Shown in pieces: positions 55,741 through 64,000 of a DNA stretch of 64,000 bases. This stretch comes from Octopus sinensis (lineage: Eukaryota): the NCBI RefSeq assembly GCF_006345805.1, contig NC_042998.1, forward strand, positions 72,664,001 through 72,728,000, given 5' to 3'. The notes below the pieces were generated by a model. The model did no database searches, was not told the origin of the DNA, and saw nothing but the letters and a program-made list of their open reading frames with translations. How positions within the stretch are numbered: position 1 is the first letter of the stretch; every line of letters begins with the position of its first letter. Both the position numbers and the translations under genes were made by a program.

Positions 55741-55928
55741 CTTTCTTTTCACCCTTCTGCTCATCTGTCCCTGTGTAGTCGGGATTTTCAATGATCTCTG
55801 AGGAATTTGTTGAAATAGTTTTTGTAAATCTTTTAGATAATGGTAAGACTTATAGTCTTCTGCCAATTCTGCCAACAGCGGTGGCTGTCTATTGTTGACT
55901 GGAGTAGAAACAACACAGCTGCATCTTC
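55741..55928 (-). CDS. Candidate internal coding exon of an unidentified gene
   Basis: Acceptor ...gatattcag and donor AAG|GTATGT. One frame is open across all 188 nt (RCSCVVSTPV...LLAELAEDYK...SRRVKRK). No recognised homology. Confidence 0.3.
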
Positions 55929-57477
55929 CTGAATATCACAGCCTATCGACTCAAAAAGGATTTACGGTGCACAGTTGAAAGAAAAGACGGGTTATGTTGA
56001 TCTATAATGTACCTTATACAAGATATATTTGATCAGATTTCACTTAGGGTAAAAACATATACACCGCCAACGCGATATATATTTCAAAGTTGGTTATATA
56101 TTCGTCCTTGCAGTATACAAGTACAATGATATTCCTTCTGGTTACGAATACAACGTTCAATATTTATTTTAAAATAAGCGCTCCTCTTATTTCTATATGT
56201 ACCGTGATTATAGGATAATTCACTTTGGAAGGCCACTTTAGTATTATTTTATGAAATATATTATTTATAGATTTATTCAATATGCCACATTATTTCCGTT
56301 GTTATGTATGGTTCGTATGTTAGTGAACACATTCCTTGCATGTAGCTTTAAGTAGAAGTTTATTTAATAATAAACGAGACTACACTGAATAGAAAATCTA
56401 TAGATATTCTGATCTATTCGTGAGAGGAAATGAGATAATTTTAAATTTGCATATACTTTAGTCAAACATTCCTATAATGAGATATCACGGAAAACTTTTA
56501 ACTAATAAGTCATATGTATGGATTATGATCTGTCTTAGATATTTTAGTATTCGCTATTCAAGAGCAGCTGATTCCACTTGGGGAAATCAAAATCTAAGAG
56601 ATTTATTATTTCAAATAAATTGTGAAGCTCTGGATAATATCATTTTCAAGATTCTAAGTGTATATACAATATTTCCGAAAGAAATGAATGACAGTTTCCT
56701 AGGGATACATTGATGGTTAGAAGGTCAAACTGGCTTATTCGCATGCTGTCAATACCACACATATTTCTAGATTCTAAATACACCAAAGGTCTTTTGATAT
56801 TTTGATCCAGGACAATATAGGCATTAAATCCATCTAAGAGAGCTTTTTAATCTTGTTGGAGGGAAATCAATGACACTGGTGAACTTGGCTACAGGATTAA
56901 ACCACTGAGTATATATCGACAGAAATATTCACTGAAAGGCAACGATAGTTCCTTATACATTAATAGATATACTTCCAGCATTAATTTTTAATTCTCTGCC
57001 TTTGGCATGAAAGGAGATATTGATAAGCTGAGAAAACTTCTCAAAGGAAGCTTACATAAAATGTAGTTTATATTTATTTGTAGAAGTACACACCTGTGTT
57101 TATATGAACGAATTTAAATATAAACATGGAAGTAAATATCTACCCTTGAGCATACGCTATTAAACATACATACACAGACACACAGACACACACACACATA
57201 TACAAAAACATTTATATGTTTATATATATATATATAAATACACACACACATACGCATATGTGTGTATGTGTATAAATTAGTTGTTTTTTATATATTTATT
57301 GTATATTTGTCAACATATGCATGCACATAAACAACTAAATAAAAACTGAATTTTATATAACCTTTCTTAATGTACTCCCCGTCACTTACTCCTTTTCCCT
57401 CTCCCTCCCTCTCTCTCTCTATCTATCTCTGCTTGTTGTCTGTGTAAAATGTTAGGTAAATATATAAATGCGCCCTT

Positions 57478-57716
57478 TTAAAGCCTAGCCAGGCTCAGGG
57501 GCCCGGTTTCCCGGTTTCAATGGCGTATGTGTTCCCCAGCTGGACGGGACGCAATTCAATCGAAGTGTTACTCATTTTTGCGAGCTCAGTGGACTAGAGC
57601 AACCTGAAATGAAATGTTTTTCTCAAGAACACAACGCGTCGTCCGTTCCAGGAATCGAAACCACAATCTTACGATCCTGATGTTGACACCCTCACCACTA
57701 ATCCACGCGCCTCCAC
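57478..57716 (-). mobile_element. tRNA-derived SINE family C
   Basis: Minus strand gtggaggcgcgtggattagtggtgagggtg...ggtttcgattcctgg (A/B-box-like)...ttcttgagaaaaacatttcatttc...gtcccgtccagctggggaac. Confidence 0.8.
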
Positions 57717-57741
57717 GCACACACACACACACTCATATGTA

Positions 57742-57772
<31 letters not shown>

Positions 57773-57801
57773 TTGCATGCATGTATATGTATATATAAAT
57801 A

Positions 57802-58052
57802 TACATGCGGTACCCCAAAAAACCCCGGTATTTCGCAATGTTATTATATTTACTTAGTTTTACATCTTTACACTTTTATCGCCTTCAAAATATTCTTCAT
57901 TTGAGGCAATACATCAGTCCAGACACGATTTCCACTGTTCGAAGCAGTCCTGACATTTTTTCAAGTACTGCCTTCCGAGCAGCAGAAATCTGAACTGCTA
58001 GGGACTTGTCTTACAGAGAACATTTCCATTTACTTTTGGGTACCCTGTTGTA
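57802..58052 (-). mobile_element. Internally deleted mariner (MITE-like): transposase C-terminus + 5' subterminal piece between imperfect TIRs
   Basis: TA-flanked termini share ggtaccc(c)aaaa. The minus strand encodes QDCFEQWKS.LD*CIASNEEYFEGDK. Confidence 0.7.
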
Positions 58053-59183
58053 CGTTCATCTATACGTTGATTCAGTCATTGAATATGTTTGTCGTTTAAG
58101 GACATTTTTCATTCGGGGGAACAAAATAAAAGTTGCACGGAGGAAGATCGCGTGAATAGGGCGGGTGGGCAAACAGGGCTGTGGCAGTTTCAGTCTAAAA
58201 CTTCTTGTATTTTAGGTAGTGTGCGAAGTTGCATTGTCGTGATGAGGCCACCTCCTGCACTTTACCACTGGTTGGGGTGTTTTCGTCTCACCGTGCCTCG
58301 CAAAAACTTCAGAACTGCCAAGTAAAATGCCTGGTGGACAGTTTGATCAGGTAAAACAAATACTATATGGACAATTCCCTTCGCAACCTCATGAGAATAG
58401 ACTTCACTTGACGCAAATGTATGGGGCGTGGTGATATTCATTACTTTCCTTCACTTGATTACGTTTTCGTTCCCACGTCGTAGACGTAGCATCAGCGTTC
58501 CTGACCAGTGATGCACTTCGAAAAACAGTTCGGATCAACTTCCAATTTTTCTTTCAGGTCATGACATGCATTTAGTCGTACATGCTTTTAATCTTCCGTG
58601 AAAAAGTAAATCACATATTTTGTTGCAACGCATTTCGTTCGCAATTCCTCGCTCAAAATTCGTTGGCAGGAGCTCAAGGATACACCAGTCATATCAACAA
58701 ATTCCTCAATTGTTCGGTGATGGTCCTCTAAAATCAGTTCATGAGATTTCGTGATGTTTTCATTCGTTCGGGAGGTCGACGGTTGCCCTGAACGAGATTC
58801 ATCTTCAAACGACAAGTGACCATTCCTACAGTGTGAATATCACTCGTAAATTTGTATTTTGCTCATGGCAGCATCATTGTAAGCTGTTTGAAGCATGACA
58901 ACTGTTTCGGCCGCCGTTTCTCCCAGCAGAACGCAGAATTTCACGGAAGCATGCATGTCGCCCCTTTGTTTCAGCCATCTCCAGAATCAACGAACAGAGA
59001 AGCACTGCAAAATAAAGACACACCACGTGGCAGTATGACCCCCACCGAACGATGCCGGTTGACAGACTGATACCGGAAGGTTGCAGCAGATGGCTGCGAG
59101 TGGAGAAAAACTGAACTACTGCGGACTTGTCCTACAGAGAACATTTCCATTTAACGTTCATCTATATGTGGGTTCAGTAATTG
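58053..59183 (-). mobile_element. Mariner transposase relic (Himar1/irritans-like), TIRs absent
   Basis: VKFCVLLG..AAETVVMLQTAY, SFEDESRSGQPSTS..ENI, CQRILSEEL and PYSRDLPPCNFY motifs, frameshifted. Confidence 0.85.
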
Positions 59184-59440
59184 CAATGTAGAGTTGCTTA
59201 AAAATATATTTGCTTTATATATATAATTATGTTTTAATTAAAGAGTTAATTGGATGTACAAATATAATGAGGCATTTTAATAATTCATTATTACTCCAAA
59301 CTCCCAAATTCATGCACCAACGTAACTGCCACATCATCTGAATATGTTTACATATTCTCTTCTACATTTGCAGCTACACAAAGAGAATGATAATCCCAAA
59401 AAAGGATGAGAAAATTCAAACTCTCTTTCCAACACTAAAT

Positions 59441-59595
59441 TTCTTCTTCTTCTTCTTCTTCTTCTTCTTCTTCTTCTTCTTCTTCTTCTTCTTCTTCTTC
59501 TTTTCTTCTTCTTCTTCTTCTTCCCCTCCTCCTCCCCTCCTCCTCCTCTTCTTCTTCTTCTACTTCTTCTCCTCCTCTTCCTTCTTCTTCTTCCA
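59441..59595. repeat. (TTC)n/(TCC)n microsatellite
   Basis: Direct reading. Confidence 0.95.
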
Positions 59596-60902
59596 ACAGC
59601 TCCACCACCAACATTAGAACCAGCATCGCTTCAAGATCAACCTCCGCCATCTCCACTATTCATACATTCATTCACTTTTTATTTGTTTATCTTTTTCATG
59701 CTATTCATTTTAATTTCAATTAATATAATTAAATTATGATGGGCATTTTTATCCATCCAAACAAGCAACCCATTAAAATGAGCTTTTTGTTTTATATCAC
59801 TAAAAGGCAATATTAAACCATACACACTAAAATCAAAAAGTACCACTCATGAAATGAATATAAACATATAAATGTACTAAATAGTATCTGCAAAATATTT
59901 CGTGATTTGAAATTTACCACTTAGTTTGAGGAAGAAAATATAATATTCTAACAGTGATGCCAAGAGAATTGCAAAATTGTAAAAATAATTTCTGTAAATT
60001 GAGTATTAATTTTACAGAAAATTTAATTTTCACACATTGGAGGAAATTTAATCTTTGATAGCAGGCAAGGTGATAGCTTCACTTTTTGTGGTATTAAAAT
60101 CATCAGCTAATGTCACGATTTGAATAATTCACTTGTGTGTTCGCAATATATTGAAATTCACTTTTTTCTTTGAGTAGGAAAACAAAGAAAAAATAACTAG
60201 CGTCAATTATGAATTACTTTCAAGAAAAGCAACATAATTTGAAGATATTAAGAATCTATTTCCCAGGATATTTAAGATAGGTTGTAATCGTCTACTCTTT
60301 GATACTAATGTCAATTGTTAACTTGACCTTTGTCTAATCTAAAGATACCTACACATTGTTTTAGCATTTAGATTGCTTGTAATGAGTTTCATTCAATTCC
60401 AGTTTACAAGTAGCAAATGCTATTAAAGATTTGGACGCTTACACTTTGTGATTAGGCCAAATAAGCCAGTGAAATCATGCAACGGTCATGAGACAGATTA
60501 GGTAGATTGTCACGTCAAATTTAACTGAATGGCTCATTCAAATAGATGGCTGCATTTCGGAATATATACGTCACAGAAAACGAAAAACAATTGCACAAGG
60601 GAACATATTGGTACTATATATCAGCGTGTGCCATCTCGAAGAATGTTTTAATGTTTTTGTACTCGACGTACACAACGATTCGATTAAGCTTATGTGATGC
60701 TGATTTAATAATTACAATATAATGCCATACGAAGATAACAACTTAACAGTATAAAATATTAAGAATTTGATAGTAAGAGTCTATACATCTTCCGGTTCGC
60801 CATTACAAAACAACTTCAGTATCAATCAAAATAGGAACAAATTAATAACGTCTGAATCACTAAAATAAAACTACCAGAACAAATTTTCTTAATGTTATTA
60901 TA

Positions 60903-61043
60903 TAAGGTTGTCCCAAAAGTTCGTAGAAAATCTTGGAAAATAATGGTCTTTATTTTGAGGAATAATTTTTGTTGTTTTTGTTAGTACTTGGCGAGTAAAA
61001 ATTCAATTTTCGCAAGTGTTTACGAACTTTTGGAACAACCTAA
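60903..61043. mobile_element. 141-bp mariner-type MITE with TA target duplication
   Basis: TA|taaggttgtcccaaaagttcgta ... tacgaacttttggaacaacctaa|TA, giving 23-bp TIRs with 2 mismatches. Confidence 0.85.
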
Positions 61044-61784
61044 TACAATTACTACAAAATCTTTACTTTAAAAATATTTAGACGCCGGGTCGATACGTGT
61101 CATAGTGTATGTATTTGAGTGTAACTCGTAATATAACGGGAAAACAATTTTGTGAAGGCGGTAATATCAGGTGGTTTTGTATTTAGGCAATAATTATAAT
61201 TTTATTAGTATTTCAAGGTGCTTTATTAAAAAGAACTAATAGAAATTTCGACAAACCAAAAATAATAATTAAATTTTTTTTAGATGTAAAATAAACCAAT
61301 TAACTTCATGTACAACATATTCATGGAGTCCATAACAGGTTCGTGAAATTTTCGGCACGACAAAACAAAGAAAAAGAAGAATTATTGTCATGGAGTGCAA
61401 CTGAAATATTTCCGATTTTCACTATGAAAACGTGAAATTGAAACTTAGCAAATCCTGTAATATATGATACTATTACAAAAGTTATTAGTTAGCTGTGCCG
61501 GTGATTTGGAAGTGAAACATTATTGCTTCACAAGACACGAAGATATTTTATGCCCTGATCATTTTGCCGATTAAGTTATTGATGTTGGAAACGGTGTTGA
61601 TGACAAGGTACACATGACATATTGAATAAATCTGAGGGTTTAACCGGACTGAATAAAGCCGATGATATAAAAAGAACTGAAGGACATATAATTCCATAGT
61701 ACAGGTGTATATTTTCAAATAATATATTTATTTCTTCCTCTCACACGCAGATATATATATATATATATATATCCCAACCTCCTT

Positions 61785-64000
61785 TCTCCCCCCGCCTCCA
61801 GTTTCATTGCCCGCACCCCTCGCATCCCTACAATTTATTACTCCTCCAAATCCACAAACCTAACAACCCTGGCCGCCTCATCATCTCCACCTGCAACTGC
61901 TCCACATATCTTGACCGTGTCTTTGTGCCCATAGTGGCTTCACTCCCTTCTCACATCCATGACACTAGCCATGCTCTTCGTCTCTTCAACTCTTTCTCTT
62001 TCGCTTCTGGCCCCTCTAAACTTCTCTCCACTCTTTATACCTAGAGCGTATACACGGTGATCCCATACCACGAATGGCTTCTTGCTCTCAAATACTACCT
62101 TGAATTTCGACCTAACTCCCAACCTGACACATCCACATATCTTCATCTAGCTGAACTTGTTCTCTCCCTTAACTGCTTCTTGTTTACGGGTGATTTTTTA
62201 CCAACATGTTCTCGGGAGAGGCCAAGGGAACGAGAATGGGACCCAACTATGTTCGTTGGCCACATTCAAGCCCAAATATTCTCAAGAGTCACTGGTCCTA
62301 CTCCCGAACTATACGGTCGTTTTACTGACGACTGTATCGGTGCGATCTCGCTCTACCACGAATAACAATACTTCTTCGTATCTTTTCTCAAATCTTTCCA
62401 TCGTGCCCTCGAATTCTCCTGTACTATTTTCAACACTTTCGTCGCCTTTCTCGACATTTCGGTCAGCATTCATCACTCCATTCTCACCGCCTCCATCTAC
62501 TACAAACACAATCACTCACACTCAGACCTCAACTTCTCCTACTCCCACACTAAACACACCAAGCTCTCCATCCCCTAATACCAATTCCTCCGTGTTCGCA
62601 AGCTCTGCAGTGACAACCATGACTTTGAGACTCAGTCCCAACTCATGGCTCCCCACTTCAACATTCATCCCCTCAACACTATCCACACCGCCCTTGCCAG
62701 AGAACGTTCCGTAGACCATGCATATGTTCTCTCTCCGCGGCACGCCCCGCCGTCCCCTGTGTCCCATCTCCCATCACCTACCACCCCTCCACCAAAGCTC
62801 TCCAACGCACTACTCTCCAAGCTTTTCGGCGACTCCAGTCCGACCCCTCTACTTCGAAAATCTTCCCTAACCTACCCATACCCCTTCAAATGAGCCCACA
62901 ACCTACGTGACCTCCTGGTCCACAATTTCTTCACTAACCTCATCTCTAACCCCGGCTCGTGCCGCTGCTCCTTCTCATGCTGCCGCACTTGCCCCTACCT
63001 CTCCAGCACCACCATTCTCACAGGCACCCATCATCAACACTATCATATCACTGACTCCTTCACCTGCACTTCTAGCAACGTCATTTACTGCATCTCCTGC
63101 TCTCACTGTCCTCTGCACATCGGTTAAACGGGACGCCGCTTTGCTGATCGGTTCGTGGAACATCTCCGTTACATCAGACTCAGCAACAACACCCAGGTCT
63201 CGCGCCACTTCCGATCATTCTTTACAACACCTGTCTCTGTTCGGTTTGTCCTTGCACAGGGGCCATCAGGAATTAATCTCTCCTGTTCGCTCCTTCGCTC
63301 CACATGTTCTCGACTTCCTCCCTTCCTCTCTCCACTCCCCTCTCACAACTATTTCCTTTCTTCACTCCTACCCACCTTTCCTCTCCTCTCCTCCCTTACT
63401 TCTCTTCACTCCTACTCTCCCTCTCCCTTCATCGTCGCCCCTTCTATCGTTACCCCACTCCCACACATCCCAACCCAACCATTCGTATACATCCCATACC
63501 AAATCCACCCCTACACATTCCACTCCCATATATCCTACACCTACACCAACACCCCACCCTGAATCGCTCTGGCATCCCTTACACCGAACACTAGCACACT
63601 ACACACCGCTACACCACACCAACACCACCAAACACCACACACCACCACAACAGATCACAACATATCACATATCACCACACCACACCACGCCACCACACTT
63701 CACTACCCCGCATAAACTAGCACTGACCACACCATCATCCACACACCTATGCATGCGCACACCCTCGCGTGAAGGTCACCAGCCATATCCACACGCACAC
63801 ACACGCTCTCACATACATACGCACACGCACCTTCGTTTTGGGATCACCACTATTTTATTATCTCCTCTTCTTCCAAGCTCTCCTGACTCACCACCTCCGT
63901 CCGGCCATCACCAAAATTGAAAGCTGGCCACTAAAGTTTTTCTTTTATTTTCTTTCTGTTTATTTTCTCGCTTTCCTTTCGGTTGATGAGCGTAGGCTCG
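61785..64000 (+). mobile_element. Penelope-like element (RT + Cys-rich linker + GIY-YIG, then terminal repeat), 5'-truncated pseudogene
   Basis: P.IY...KIHKP.NPGR, LAELVLSLNCF, G...GTRMGP, GRFTDDCIG (62315-62341), CRCSFSCCRTC and NVIYCISCSHCPLHIG*TGRRFADRFVEHLR. The pLTR-like block from ~63830 runs off the window. Confidence 0.92.
63977..64000 (+). ncRNA. Variant hammerhead-like motif, truncated by the window edge
   Basis: UUU-CGGUUGA-U-GAGC(GUAG)GCUC-G. Same stem II as 51631-51642. Confidence 0.35.

Noticed and set aside
62907-63920. 337-aa ORF, the longest in the track
   Set aside because: It is an off-frame reading of the C-rich Penelope GIY-YIG region plus low-complexity DNA. The recognisable protein motifs are in another frame.

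Overview
AT-rich, microsatellite-saturated animal genomic DNA. The SINE families and the mix of R4/Dong, CR1, Penelope-like and mariner relics look like an octopus (coleoid cephalopod) intron or intergenic region. This assignment is pattern recognition, not a database result. I cannot confidently identify any intact host gene, rRNA, true tRNA or CRISPR array, and most ORFs in the supplied track are translations of (AT)n, (CA)n, (ATAG)n or (TAA)n repeats. Supported content is mostly decayed mobile DNA. Retroelements: a 5'-truncated CR1/L2-type LINE (9.1-10.9 kb), two R4/Dong-type LINE loci (14.2-16.5 kb minus, 39.3-42.5 kb plus), a Tx1/L1-like 3' end (22.3-23.0 kb), a Penelope-like RT + GIY-YIG element (61.8-64 kb) with solo terminal repeats carrying hammerhead-ribozyme-like motifs, and many tRNA-derived SINEs. 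DNA transposons: a Chapaev-type relic (38.4-39.1 kb), two mariner relics (49.5-50.6 kb, 57.8-59.2 kb), MITEs and Helitron-like elements. The most unusual observation is the 39.3-42.5 kb Dong-type LINE, which is circularly permuted (RT-REL-3'UTR-(TAA)n tail-N-terminal part) with a 29-bp terminal redundancy. Also notable are variant-core hammerhead motifs, two long near-perfect fold-back hairpins and two weak, phase-compatible minus-strand candidate exons. All coordinates and mismatch counts come from manual reading; fragment boundaries are approximate.
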